The notes under the pieces were generated by a model. That model was not told where the DNA came from, ran no database searches, and saw only the letters and a list, made by a program, of their open reading frames with translations. Below are positions 50,673 to 61,056 of a stretch of DNA of 64,000 nucleotides, in pieces (positions within the stretch are counted from its first letter, which is position 1; each line of letters starts with the position of its first letter). The stretch comes from Kofleriaceae bacterium (GTDB lineage Bacteria; Myxococcota_A; Polyangia; Haliangiales; Haliangiaceae). The position numbers were made by a program, and so were the translations under genes. Where the stretch lies: NCBI GenBank assembly GCA_965215005.1, contig CBDCCZ010000004.1, positions 288,001 to 352,000 of the forward strand, written 5' to 3'.

Positions 50673-53291
50673 ATGTCAGCTGGCTCCTCTTCTGTACCGA
50701 ATCGCATCGCTAGTTCCGCAGAGGTCACCGTCATTGCGCTCGACCGGGCGGGATCGGCAGAGCTGGCGCAAGTAGGCGGCAAAGCGCAGTCCTTGGGCGT
50801 TTTGTTGGCTGCGGGCTTCGATGTTCCGGACGGCTTCGTTGTGACGGTTGCCGCATTCGAAACGGTCTTACAGGCCCCCGCGCTGGCAGCTCGAGTTGCC
50901 GCTGTAGAGACTGCATTGGTCGCCGGTGAGCTTCCCGATGAGTCGACACTCGCGGCGCTGCGCGAGGCGATTCTGGCGGTCGAGTTGCCGCCGGCGCTTC
51001 GTCAGCAGTTGGCCGAGGCGTACGGCGCGCTGGCAAATCCGCGGGTCGCCGTTCGTTCGAGCGGAAGCCGCGAAGATCTCGATGATGCGAGCTTTGCTGG
51101 TCAATATGAGACGTACTTGAATGTTCGCGGCGAAGTAGCTCTGGAGCGAGCGTTAAAACAGTGCTGGGCCTCGCTATGGCAGTCGCGGGTACTGCAGTAT
51201 GCATCGCGCCATCGCGAAGGTGCCAGCGGTCTGCGCATGGCGGTGGTGGTTCAGGAGATGGCCGCCGCCGAGGTTGCAGGCGTTGCGTTCACCGTCAATC
51301 CGCTCACCGGTCGGCAGGAAGAGATGCTTGTCGAGGCGGTGTTTGGTCTCGGCGAGTCGCTGGTATCGGGGCGAGCCAACGCCGACCGATTTGTGCTCGC
51401 GGCCGCCAATGGAGACGTTATGCAGCAGGAGCTTGCGGCCAAGACGCTGCAGGTCGTGCCCGTCGAGATAGGCGTGGAAGAGCGGCAAGTAGAGGGCGAA
51501 GAGGCCACGCGCGTCACTCTCACGGGCGAAGAGCTGCGCAAGCTCGCGCAGGTCTCTGCCGACATTCAAGAACATTACGGTCGTCCCATGGACATCGAGT
51601 GGAGCTTCGCAGCGGGGCGGCTCTACATCTTGCAAGCCAGGCCCATCACGCATCTGGCATTCGCAGCGGAGATCGGGCAGTGGACGACCGCCGATTTTCG
51701 CGACGGTGGCGTTTCCTCGGAGGTGTGTTCGCCTTTCATGTGGTCGCTCTACGAGCTTGCCTTGCAGAGCTCGATGCCGACCTACTTCAAAGCGCTCAAG
51801 CTGATCCCGCAAGACCACGAAGCGACGTGGGCACGGATGTTCTTCGGGCGTCCGTACTGGAATCTCAGCGAAGTGAAGCTCGGCCTAGAGCGGATTCCAG
51901 GTTACAGCGAGGATAGCTTCCACGCCGATCTGGGTGTCGATGTCGACAGGGAGTTCGAGGGCAAGAAAACCCGCACGACGGTGACGGGCGTGCTCCGCGC
52001 GCTGCCTACGCTGTTTGCACTCAAGCGCAACTATCGCGAGCGGTTGGGCCAAAATCAGGCGTTCTTGACCCAGTTCGAGGAGCGCAAAGCTCCGTTCGAC
52101 ATTTCCGCCGCCGACATAGCGGCTCTCGACGACGAGGCGTTTTTGCGCTCCTATGCAGAGCTCATCGAAGACCTCTATCGAGACACCGAAACTTCCTACT
52201 TCTACACCATCTACAACACCTCGAACTCGAAGCTCGACTTCAAACCGTGTTTCGAGAAGGTCAACGCGTTGGCTGGCGGCAGTCTCGATGAGCCGACGCT
52301 GCTCACGGGTCTGCAGAACTTGTCGCATCTGCGGCCGATGAAAGACCTACATGCAGTAGTCGAGGCGGTGCATCAGCGCGGCGGCGAAATCGACGACGCG
52401 CTGGTGGCGGAGTTTGCGCATCGCTGGCGTCATCATGGACGCCGCGAGCTCGATATCCGCGTGCCCCGTTGGGATCAGGATCATGACTATGTTCGCGACA
52501 TGCTCGAGGCTGCTCTCGAGCACCACGACGCTGAGCGCGACCCCGCCGAAGTTGAACGCCGGCACGTACAAGCGCATTCCGCAGCGTTGTCAACTGCGTT
52601 GGCGCCGCTGCGTTGGCGACCGCTGCTCCGCCGTTCGTTCATTGCTAAGCTCGAACTAGTTCGACGCTATGCTTGGTGGCGCGAAGAGATGCGCGACTGC
52701 TCGAGCTTTTTGTACTACTTGGTTCGCCAATGGACAGTCGATGCCGCACGCCGTCTAGTCGCGGCAGATATGCTCGCGTCCACCGATAGCATTTGGGCGC
52801 TCTCGTTCACGGAGGTTCTGCAGGCGCTGCGGGGCGCACTGAGCTCAAGCGAGGTGAAAGCGCGGGCGGCGTGCGGCGAGCGGATGATGCGCTCGTATCG
52901 CAACTTCGCCAATCCCAACGAGATCGGCTCGCATTTCCGTTTCGCTCGCGAGCAGTCGCCGCCTACCGAGGGCGCGTTGCGCGGTACCCCATGCTCGCCA
53001 GGACGCGTCACTGGGCGCGCCCGCATCATAGGCAGCCTAGAAGAAGCGCACTCTCTCGAGCCGGGCGACATCCTGGTTACGCGCTTCACGGACCCCGGCT
53101 GGACTCCGCTGTTCGGTCGCATTCGCGCTGTCGTCACCGAGACCGGCGGCGTCTTGTCTCACGCTGCGGTCATCTCACGTGAGTACGGAATTCCCGCGGT
53201 GCTCGCTGTCTCCGGCGCCACCGAAGCCATCGTGGACGGCACAACCATCACCGTCGATGGCTGCCAAGGCATCGTCGATCGCGGCGACTGA
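50673..53291 (+). CDS. PEP-utilising/PPDK-family phosphotransferase (RPH/PigC-like three-domain architecture)
   Basis: VGGKA, VAVRSSG.EDLDDASFAGQYETYLNV, DIEW...LQARPIT; large helical middle domain; C-terminal TETGGVLSHAAVISREYGIP phospho-His swivel. Confidence 0.88.
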   Translation: MSAGSSSVPNRIASSAEVTVIALDRAGSAELAQVGGKAQSLGVLLAAGFDVPDGFVVTVAAFETVLQAPALAARVAAVETALVAGELPDESTLAALREAILAVELPPALRQQLAEAYGALANPRVAVRSSGSREDLDDASFAGQYETYLNVRGEVALERALKQCWASLWQSRVLQYASRHREGASGLRMAVVVQEMAAAEVAGVAFTVNPLTGRQEEMLVEAVFGLGESLVSGRANADRFVLAAANGDVMQQELAAKTLQVVPVEIGVEERQVEGEEATRVTLTGEELRKLAQVSADIQEHYGRPMDIEWSFAAGRLYILQARPITHLAFAAEIGQWTTADFRDGGVSSEVCSPFMWSLYELALQSSMPTYFKALKLIPQDHEATWARMFFGRPYWNLSEVKLGLERIPGYSEDSFHADLGVDVDREFEGKKTRTTVTGVLRALPTLFALKRNYRERLGQNQAFLTQFEERKAPFDISAADIAALDDEAFLRSYAELIEDLYRDTETSYFYTIYNTSNSKLDFKPCFEKVNALAGGSLDEPTLLTGLQNLSHLRPMKDLHAVVEAVHQRGGEIDDALVAEFAHRWRHHGRRELDIRVPRWDQDHDYVRDMLEAALEHHDAERDPAEVERRHVQAHSAALSTALAPLRWRPLLRRSFIAKLELVRRYAWWREEMRDCSSFLYYLVRQWTVDAARRLVAADMLASTDSIWALSFTEVLQALRGALSSSEVKARAACGERMMRSYRNFANPNEIGSHFRFAREQSPPTEGALRGTPCSPGRVTGRARIIGSLEEAHSLEPGDILVTRFTDPGWTPLFGRIRAVVTETGGVLSHAAVISREYGIPAVLAVSGATEAIVDGTTITVDGCQGIVDRGD

Positions 53292-53364
53292 TTGCACGAG
53301 CGGAGAGCGGGCGGAGCGCGTGCTCCGCTAACCGCTCGCTCTGCCGTATCGCTAGTGTGAGCGC

Positions 53365-55251
53365 TCAGGCCGGCTCGCGGCGACGCTTGAGCGTTTGCCG
53401 CAGCTGCATGAGCAAGTATCCAGCGCCCGAGCGGACGAACACGCCACCCAGATCAAGTTTGGTTTGCCGCGGTGCCATCAGCGAATCACTGAGATAAAGC
53501 TGACGACACGCGTTGCGTTGGCGCTTGCCGCTAGAGGTTTTGGGAATCGCGCCGGGTTCGGTGAGCACGACCTCTTCGAGGTTCACCCCGCACTCTCGTA
53601 GCACCGCCTCGGCGACGCGAGCCGAAAGTGCCACTCGCTTGTCCGAGTCACTGATGCGCGTCTCGCACACGAGAACCACCAGGTCGCGCGCCTCGCGGTC
53701 ATCATAGACTGCGAACGCAACGGTGGCGCCGGCGCGGACGCCTTCCACGGTCTCGGCCGCACGCTCCAAATCTTCTGCATAGTAGTTGCGACCTTGCAGG
53801 ATGATTAGATCCTTGGCGCGACCAGTGACGTAAAGCTGGCCATCCGACACGTAGCCCAAATCGCCAGTCCACAAGCTGCCCTCGCGAAGCACCTTAGCAG
53901 TGGCTTCCGCATCTCCCCAGTAGCCACGCATCACCGAGCGACCTGATACTACGACGTGGCCGACCTGGTTCTCGCTAAGTTCTCGACCGTGCTCATCCAC
54001 CACCGCCAATCCTTGGCCGGGGACTGCGCGCCCGACGCTCACGAGCGTTAGCGCACCGGCGCCTTCTGCCGGCACGACGTGGCCATTGGCGAGCTGCTCG
54101 CGATCGACCGTTTGGTGGGCAATCCGGCGGTGCGGCTCGGGGAACGCCGCGGCCAAACTGACTTCTGCAAGACCGTACGCTGGCAGTATCGCCTCGGCGG
54201 AAAATCCATGCGGCGCGTACGTGGAGACAAACTGCTCAACGGTTGCCAGATTCACCGGCTCTGCACCGTTAGAGGCGACGCGCCAGCTCGACAGATCGAG
54301 CCCCTCACGCTGCTCGCGCGACACGCGCTTTACCGCCAACGCATACCCGAAGTTGGGCGCAGGCGATAGCGTGGCGCGGTAATCCGAAATCGCGCGCAGC
54401 CAGCGATGAGGTCGCGCCAAGAATGCCGTGGGAGACATGAGCACGAAGGGCAAACGCCAGTACACGGCGAATAGCAGCGCGCCGATGAGACCCATATCAT
54501 GGTACAGCGGGCACCAGCTCATCACCACATCGTTGCGCGAGACCTCTAGAGCCTGACCCATCGTGTGGATATTGGACACTAGGTTGTCGTGGGTCAGAGT
54601 CACGCCTTTGGGCTTGCCCGTGGAGCCAGAGGTGTATTGCAAGAACGCCGGCTCACTGGCGCTGGCGCGGAATTTTTCATCAAGCACGCTACTACGGGCG
54701 AGCTGAGCCGCCGTTACCACGCGAGTGATGCATGGCGCGCGAAGTCCCAAATCGCCGAGTAGACCGGATATATCGGCACAAGTGACGCAAACCGTTGCCT
54801 GCGAGTGGTTTGCGATATGCGCGAGCTTGCGCAGCCCAGCCTCCAATCGTAGACCCGTTGGCGGGTACGCCGGAACTGGAATGGCTCTCAGCAGCTGGAC
54901 GGCGAAAAAGGCTTCGACAAACTCAAAGGATGTTGGCAGCACGAGGAGCACGCGGTCACCGGCAGAGACTCCGAGCTCGCGAAGCCCGCGGGCGATGCGG
55001 CGAGCACCATGATAGAGCTCGCGATAGGATCGGGTCTGGGCTGGACGATTTTCGCGCTCCGGCAACAGCGTGATGCCGCGGTCCGCTTCTAGTCGTGCCG
55101 CTTCCGCGAACGCATGCAACAGGGTTGGGTGATATGGCTCGAGCTCTGTTGGAAGCTCGGCTTTGCCGCTTGCCCACGCTCCGGTACGGAAGCCTGTTTG
55201 CTCGTGGCTCGGAAAGCTCGAGCGAAATTGTCGATTGAGGGACGGGTTCAT
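53365..55251 (-). CDS. Fatty acyl-AMP ligase (FAAL)
   Basis: AFLQYTSGSTGKPKGV, WCPLYHDMGLIG, NGAEPV, PAYGLAE, TGDLG, GRAKDLII, IPKTSSGK. Confidence 0.92.
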   Translation of the reverse strand: MNPSLNRQFRSSFPSHEQTGFRTGAWASGKAELPTELEPYHPTLLHAFAEAARLEADRGITLLPERENRPAQTRSYRELYHGARRIARGLRELGVSAGDRVLLVLPTSFEFVEAFFAVQLLRAIPVPAYPPTGLRLEAGLRKLAHIANHSQATVCVTCADISGLLGDLGLRAPCITRVVTAAQLARSSVLDEKFRASASEPAFLQYTSGSTGKPKGVTLTHDNLVSNIHTMGQALEVSRNDVVMSWCPLYHDMGLIGALLFAVYWRLPFVLMSPTAFLARPHRWLRAISDYRATLSPAPNFGYALAVKRVSREQREGLDLSSWRVASNGAEPVNLATVEQFVSTYAPHGFSAEAILPAYGLAEVSLAAAFPEPHRRIAHQTVDREQLANGHVVPAEGAGALTLVSVGRAVPGQGLAVVDEHGRELSENQVGHVVVSGRSVMRGYWGDAEATAKVLREGSLWTGDLGYVSDGQLYVTGRAKDLIILQGRNYYAEDLERAAETVEGVRAGATVAFAVYDDREARDLVVLVCETRISDSDKRVALSARVAEAVLRECGVNLEEVVLTEPGAIPKTSSGKRQRNACRQLYLSDSLMAPRQTKLDLGGVFVRSGAGYLLMQLRQTLKRRREPA

Positions 55252-57947
55252 CAGGCTCTGTTCTCCTCGATAATGAAGCCATGCATCCGTGCTAAGTCGC
55301 GTGCCCGGCGCACTTGCAGCGCCCGAAGTGGGCCATACGAGAAGTTCTCTCGAAGTCCCGCCAACCCGAGCAGCACCGTCTCGGCCAAGCAGCCATAGAG
55401 CTCGCCCGGACGTAGCGACAGCTCCTCGAGATCAACTGTTTGTCCGAGCGGCGCGCGCACCATGCCGCCTTTGAGCACCACGGCATTAGGACGCTCGTGG
55501 CTTACTTGCGGCGCCACGTCTCTTGGCACCGCGACATCGGAAATGATGACCGTGCCGGTGCCGACGTGCTCGGGCAACACCACGGGTTCCGCGGCATTGG
55601 TGGCAGAGACGATGATGTTGCAGTCGCGCAGCGCCCCCATGTCAGTTGCAATCTCGATTTTCGGCCTGCCGGCGTCGCGAGCGATGGCGTCGCGGGTGCG
55701 TTCCAGCCGGCGCTGCGCACGCGGCTGCCCGACCAGCACCAGCTCGTCCACCGCCTCGGCAGCGACCTCCGCCAACACCGCGCCAATGTTGCCAGCGGCG
55801 CCAACCACGCCCAGCCGCAACTGGCGCAGGTCGCGGCGTTTTGCCGCCAACAGTGCCGCCTCGAGTGCCGAGGCGGCGGTGAGCGAGTTGCCGCTGGTGA
55901 TGCCGATGTCGGAGGCGACCACCGCTCGGCAGTTGTTAGTGAGGATTGACGTGTAGCCGCCAAAGCCGACGGCGGAGCAGCCAAGGCGCCGCGCATACGC
56001 TACGCCGCGATGGATGAGATCGAGGATGACGTCGCCGTTGCCCTGCCGGAGCCCCAGAAGGGCCTGCTCTGGGGTGAACGCAAGTCCCAGCACGGTCACC
56101 GTCACGCGATTGCCGAGGGCTGATTCGATCTCGCTTTGGCCGACGACGAATGGCTCGATGGCGCCGGTGGTGCGTCCCAAGAACTGCGCGCACTCGTTGT
56201 CGCTGAAGTCGCCCAGGGTCGGGTCCCAGGAGCGAAGGGTGCCTGGCTCGAGAAAGTGCGCGAGAAAGCCTACGTGCGCCTGGCCCGGTCGACTCGGACG
56301 GGCGGCGCGTTTAGGCGGGGCACTCGGAGCGGGTTTGCTCCGCGTCGAACGCGCGTTGCCCACTAAATAGCGACTGAGCAGGCTGGCATCAGAGCATCGG
56401 AGCGCCTCGCAGGCGCGCTCGAGGGCAGCGCAGAAACGATCGAGCGCGGCCTCTTCGATGAAGGCGGAAGGTTGCAGTCGAAGCGTGGCACCCGCTGATA
56501 GCGTGGGCAGCACGCGAATGCGTTCTTCATGAAGGAAGTACCCAGCAAGAAATTGTCCCAAGCGATCCTGCTCACCGAGCACACGCAACAACGGGCTGCG
56601 GGAATCCTGCTGCGCACCGAGCTCGATGCCGAGCATCAGCCCACGGCCGCGAACCTCGACGATTTGGTCTGGGTAGCGGCGCTGCAACTCCTCGAGGCGA
56701 CGGCGCAAATATTCGCCCTTGACGCGGCACTTGAGCAAGACCTCGTCGCCCTCCAGTACATCGAGTGTGGCATTGGCCACCGCCGCCGAAAAATGATCTT
56801 CGGCGTAGGTTGACGTATGGACGTAGCCGAAGTGCGGCTGGTAGCGCTCTCGATCGACGAGTAATACGGCAATCTTTGCGAGGCCGCCGCTGAGCGTCTT
56901 TGCAAGGGTGTAGTAGTCACCGCGAACGCCCGCGGCCTCGGAAGCTAAGAACGTGCCCGTTCGACCCATGCCAGACTGTATTTCATCGATGATCAACGGG
57001 AACTCCGCAGCGTCGGCGGCGGCGCGCAGCGCTCGCAGGTACGCTGCCGGCACTTCTCGAACCCCGCCTTCCCCTTGAATTGGCTCTACGAAGCAGGCAG
57101 CGATGTTGACCACATGCCCGGTGGTCAGCCGCGCCACGCCGTGGTCGTCGAGCTCGAGCATCGGATACGCGAGCGTCTCTGTCGCCACCACCTGCGCCAG
57201 CGTTGACTCGTCGCCAACCGGCAAGAACAACACCCGCGGCCCCAGGTGCTGCCAGGCGGTTCGCATTTGCGGATTGTGGGTGAGCTGCAAGGCGCCGAGG
57301 GTCTTGCCGTGAAACGCGCCTTCTAGGGCGAGCAGCAGCGGGCGTTGCTCGAGCGCATCGAGGATCGCTCGCGAGAGCCGGAGCATGAGCTCATCGAGAG
57401 TGTGAATGGCCTCGACACCGAACCGCCGGGCGGCGTCGCGAAACAAATCCTCCGGCAGCACTGCCGTCTGTTCCCGTAGCCGTAGCCGCAGCTCATGGTG
57501 GCGACGCTCGAGCTCGTCTTGCACTGCCTGCCAACGGAGCCGGCGCTCGAGCTCGGCGTGCTTGATCGCTGCCTCGATAGCTTCGGCGCCGGAGTTGGTG
57601 AACGTCGCAACATACTCGCGGTTGGTGACGCTACCCAGCCGCGCGGCTAAGCGTTCGGCCAGTACGCCAGCCTCGCCGCGGGCACTGCCCTGCGCCAGGA
57701 ACGGCCGTTGCTCGTCCAGGACCCGCCGTGCAGCGGCGACCAGTGTTGGATGATTATGACCGAGAAGGGTGGCGCCAAATCCACCCACGAGATCGAGCAC
57801 CGCGACCTCGCTGCCATCGGCTTGGCGAAAGTAGAGCGTGTCGCCTTCGCCACGCTCATATTCGAAATCGAGCGCGAGTGCCCGGAGCCGCTGCATGAGG
57901 GTTGGCTTGACGAACTGCTCGTAAGCCGCACGACGCTCGCTGCTCAT
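55251..57947 (-). CDS. Class-III aminotransferase fused to an acyl-ACP-reductase-like domain (TamH-like)
   Basis: FTNSGAEA, AFHGKT, VEPIQGEGG, IIDEIQSGMGRTG, LAKTLSGG (PLP Lys); C-terminal GFGGYTSI, TSGNSLT, GVVGAAGNIG, DVAVPRD, YGCLAET (AAR-like catalytic Cys). Confidence 0.85.
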   Translation of the reverse strand: MSSERRAAYEQFVKPTLMQRLRALALDFEYERGEGDTLYFRQADGSEVAVLDLVGGFGATLLGHNHPTLVAAARRVLDEQRPFLAQGSARGEAGVLAERLAARLGSVTNREYVATFTNSGAEAIEAAIKHAELERRLRWQAVQDELERRHHELRLRLREQTAVLPEDLFRDAARRFGVEAIHTLDELMLRLSRAILDALEQRPLLLALEGAFHGKTLGALQLTHNPQMRTAWQHLGPRVLFLPVGDESTLAQVVATETLAYPMLELDDHGVARLTTGHVVNIAACFVEPIQGEGGVREVPAAYLRALRAAADAAEFPLIIDEIQSGMGRTGTFLASEAAGVRGDYYTLAKTLSGGLAKIAVLLVDRERYQPHFGYVHTSTYAEDHFSAAVANATLDVLEGDEVLLKCRVKGEYLRRRLEELQRRYPDQIVEVRGRGLMLGIELGAQQDSRSPLLRVLGEQDRLGQFLAGYFLHEERIRVLPTLSAGATLRLQPSAFIEEAALDRFCAALERACEALRCSDASLLSRYLVGNARSTRSKPAPSAPPKRAARPSRPGQAHVGFLAHFLEPGTLRSWDPTLGDFSDNECAQFLGRTTGAIEPFVVGQSEIESALGNRVTVTVLGLAFTPEQALLGLRQGNGDVILDLIHRGVAYARRLGCSAVGFGGYTSILTNNCRAVVASDIGITSGNSLTAASALEAALLAAKRRDLRQLRLGVVGAAGNIGAVLAEVAAEAVDELVLVGQPRAQRRLERTRDAIARDAGRPKIEIATDMGALRDCNIIVSATNAAEPVVLPEHVGTGTVIISDVAVPRDVAPQVSHERPNAVVLKGGMVRAPLGQTVDLEELSLRPGELYGCLAETVLLGLAGLRENFSYGPLRALQVRRARDLARMHGFIIEENRA

Positions 57948-58192
57948 CGAGCATCCCGCTTTGCATCCACCAGCGCGGCGAGGTCCCGAACGGTAACCAC
58001 TTTCGCTAACGCTGGATCATGCTCGCTGATTTCGATGTCAAACTGGCCTTCCATCGCCAAGATGAGATCCAGCGAGCGAACTGAGTCGAGGCCATAGCCA
58101 AGGAGGTTGCCGTCATCGCGGATCACCTCGCGCTCGACTCCGCACACGGTGGCAAGCTCGCATTTGACGGCTGTGAGTACTTCATCAGACAT
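57944..58192 (-). CDS. Acyl carrier protein
   Basis: YGLDSVRSLDLILAMEGQFDIEI (phosphopantetheine Ser); GGAG RBS; stop overlaps the next start. Confidence 0.88.
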   Translation of the reverse strand: MSDEVLTAVKCELATVCGVEREVIRDDGNLLGYGLDSVRSLDLILAMEGQFDIEISEHDPALAKVVTVRDLAALVDAKRDAR

Positions 58193-58221
58193 GCTCAACT
58201 CCATTGGCGAATGCGCATCAA

Positions 58222-58855
58222 TCACAGGTTTTTTCGTATGGAAGCAAGGCGAAGTGCAGCGTTGATCACGAGGTGCAGCACCGTGAGCGTGAGCGTGCCC
58301 GCGACTGCAATGGTCCAGGAATAGCCAAAGGCTAACGCACCGAGAAAAAGGGCGGCGATGACGCTGTCGGCTTGATCGAGAACAAAAAAACCAGCTCCTG
58401 CCACTCCAGCGCCCCGCTTGCCGGGAATGATGTCGATGCGGCGCCTTGAGAAACGAATTGGGTAGCTCGCCCAGTGCGTAGCCAAGGCCAAAGATCGTGT
58501 TGACTATCGCGTAGCCCACAGCGAAGGACGTCCAGCCTTCGGGGGCGCGAAAGGCGCTACCCACCGCCGAGTACGCGATCAGCTCGAGCCCTGCGCTGGC
58601 GGCCCATGCGCCGCCGACGGCACCTTGCACGAATCCGACAGCAGCGCTGCCGACGATCATGAAGCACACGCCACGCCACGTCTTGTTGTCGCCGAAGATT
58701 CGCTTGCCGCGAAAGCTCCGGCCGCCGTCGAGCGGTAGCTTGAAGGCCGGGAACAAGTCGAGCTTGACCACGACCATATGCAAGATGCCGGTCAACGCGA
58801 CGGCACTGGCGAGCCAGAAGACGGGTCCACTAAAGGCGATAGCTAAGAAATTCAT
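58222..58855 (-). CDS. CDP-archaeol synthase (CarS/DUF46)-like cytidylyltransferase, frameshift near 58445
   Basis: PLDGGRSFRGKRIFGDNKTWRG, GELPNSFLK; removing one base gives RRIDIIPGK...FFVLDQADS; multiple TM segments. Confidence 0.78.
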
Positions 58856-58869
58856 CGTACATTCCCTCG

Positions 58870-59862
58870 ATGATCGATTGTCACGCGCATGCATTCCCTC
58901 GTCTGGATGAGTTGGTTTCTCGAGTTCCTGGCTCTGCAGCGGCCGTGGCTGCCTCGCTGGTGCGTGGTGGCAGCGGCGCGGTCACCGCGGTCGGCAAAAT
59001 GCTTCGGAACGTGGTGCCTCGCGATGAGCGGCCGCCGGCGCTGGGCATCGAGCGAGTCGCGGCAATGCGCCAAGCTCGCTCCGACAAAGCCAATCGAGTC
59101 ATCGAAGGCACGCTGGCTACCGTGGCTGCACCGGCTATGCTCGCCACCGGTGGCGTTTCGCAGCTGCTTGCCTCCATGGAGCGGCATCAGCTCGCGGCGA
59201 CGGTACTGATCGGCGCGCCTCCCATCGCGAGCAACGCCTGGCTTCTCACCGAGGCGGCTCGATGCTCGCCGCGCTTGATTCCGGTGACCACCATGCCCGA
59301 GCTCGACCCCGCAGCGAACGCCAACGCGTGGCAGGCGGCATTCGAGAAGCTCGCAGCGGAAGGCGCACAGGGCTTCAAGATCCACCTCAACATGGATGGG
59401 CTGTCGCCGCAGCATCACGCGTACCGGAGCCTCTTTAAAGTGGCCAGCGACCGCGACTGCTTCGTCATCGTTCACACCGGTTGCTTTCATGTGCCCTCGT
59501 ATCACCGCCACGGACCGATCGAGCCCGGTGAGCTCGAGCCGCTGCTTCGCGAATTTCCCGACGTACGGGTGTGTTTGGCGCACATGAATCGCGAGCGGCC
59601 GGAAGCGGCTTGGGAGGTCATGGAACGCCATTCTCAGGTCTTTACGGACACCAGCTGGCAACCGGCGAGCGTCATACGTCAAGCAGTCGATCGGGTCGGC
59701 ATCGACCGCGTCTTGCTCGGCTCCGACTGGCCGCTGCTTCACGCAGACCTGCAAGGTGACGCACTGCAGGTGTTGCGGAAGGCGGTATCGGCTGAGGAGG
59801 TCGAGCAGATTGGTCATGGCAATGCGAAGCGTTTTCTCGGTCGGGCGCTCGTCTCCGAGTGA
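58870..59862 (+). CDS. Amidohydrolase-2 family metal-dependent hydrolase
   Basis: IDCHAH, GFKIH, VHTG, LAHM, DTSW, VLLGSDWP. Confidence 0.88.
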   Translation: MIDCHAHAFPRLDELVSRVPGSAAAVAASLVRGGSGAVTAVGKMLRNVVPRDERPPALGIERVAAMRQARSDKANRVIEGTLATVAAPAMLATGGVSQLLASMERHQLAATVLIGAPPIASNAWLLTEAARCSPRLIPVTTMPELDPAANANAWQAAFEKLAAEGAQGFKIHLNMDGLSPQHHAYRSLFKVASDRDCFVIVHTGCFHVPSYHRHGPIEPGELEPLLREFPDVRVCLAHMNRERPEAAWEVMERHSQVFTDTSWQPASVIRQAVDRVGIDRVLLGSDWPLLHADLQGDALQVLRKAVSAEEVEQIGHGNAKRFLGRALVSE

Positions 59863-60246
59863 CCCTCCGCTAGCCGGCGCGCGAGCCTCAATGCACCCAG
59901 CTGACGACGAGCACCAGTAGCGCCGCCAGAATCATCCACGAGCCGAGCGCCGGCCAACGGCGCGCTCGAGTCATCGTTCCCACCGCCGTCCATTCCCCAT
60001 TCACGTTTCGATACTTCACTGTCATTGCGAGCCACCAAGGTTGCACTCGCTATGCCACGGGCAAATGCCGTAGCGGCGTTGCTCGAGCCCGCTTTGCCGC
60101 GCAACTCGGGTGGCTAGTGTAGCCACCGCGAGGGCGGTCATGAACCGAGGTGGCGGGCTCGATGGGCCCGTTTAGGGCGGTTCGCTGCTTGCACTGCGTC
60201 GCGCTGCCCAAGTTATTCAGTTCCTAACAAAGGAAGTTACTGCATC

Positions 60247-61053
60247 ATGCGACACGTAAATTTCACCGCCGCAGGCACCTTTGCGCTTGCCTTGCTTTCG
60301 CTGCCTCTACTTGCATCGGCGGACAAAGGCAGCAAGCGCACAAGCGGCAATGAGAGCGCGGACGCCATCGTCGAGCGGATGCTCGACATCGACCCGCTGA
60401 CGTATGGCGGCGCCGAAGCCAACGTCCAGATGATCCTCGTCAACGGCCGCAATCAACAGCGGAGCCGCGACGTCGTGATGTTGAGCCGCAAGGATGGCGA
60501 TGAGCGGCGCACCTTTATTCGCTTTCGCTCGCCCAGCGACGTGGCCGGGACAGCGTTTCTCGGACTGGATGACGATGGCGATCGCGTCCAGCACCTGTTT
60601 CTGCCGGCGCTCGGCAAGACCCGTCGGATCTCGACCAAGCAACGCAACGCCAGCTTCGTTGGCAGCGACTATACCTACGCCGATCTCGACAATCGCGATA
60701 TCGATGACTCGAAGCGGAAACGCCTCCCAGACGAGACGTTGAGCGGCAAGGACTGCTACGTCATCGAGCTCGAGCCGACCTCGAAGGAGAGCGAGTATGA
60801 AACGATCAAACTGTGGCTCGCAAAAGAGAGTTACTTGCCGCTCGCCATTCGTTACTTCGATGGCAAAGGCAAGGAGATGAAGCGCTTCGTCGTGACGTCG
60901 GCGAAGAAGCACGACGGTCGCTGGGTCATCGAACAATCGAAGATGGTGGATCTCCGGAAGAACCATGCAACGGGAATGAAGCTCACCGCGATCCGCTTCC
61001 GCAGCGACATCTCCCGCGATCAGTTCACGATCCAGGCGCTCGAGCGCGAGTAG
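60247..61053 (+). CDS. Outer-membrane lipoprotein-sorting (LolA-like) protein
   Basis: Signal peptide; F.SPSDVAGTAFL...LFLPALGKTRRIS...SFVGSDYTYADL. Confidence 0.85.
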   Translation: MRHVNFTAAGTFALALLSLPLLASADKGSKRTSGNESADAIVERMLDIDPLTYGGAEANVQMILVNGRNQQRSRDVVMLSRKDGDERRTFIRFRSPSDVAGTAFLGLDDDGDRVQHLFLPALGKTRRISTKQRNASFVGSDYTYADLDNRDIDDSKRKRLPDETLSGKDCYVIELEPTSKESEYETIKLWLAKESYLPLAIRYFDGKGKEMKRFVVTSAKKHDGRWVIEQSKMVDLRKNHATGMKLTAIRFRSDISRDQFTIQALERE

Positions 61054-61056
61054 TCG

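Noticed and set aside
50673..53291. Rifampin phosphotransferase or PEP synthase call
   Set aside because: Lacks the PEP synthase C-terminal barrel; RPH shares the architecture but substrate cannot be inferred, and the context is lipid biosynthesis.
57944..58894. CarS-ACP fusion ORF (316 aa)
   Set aside because: Artefact of the frameshift near 58445; the middle is nonsense and the ACP has its own RBS and ATG.
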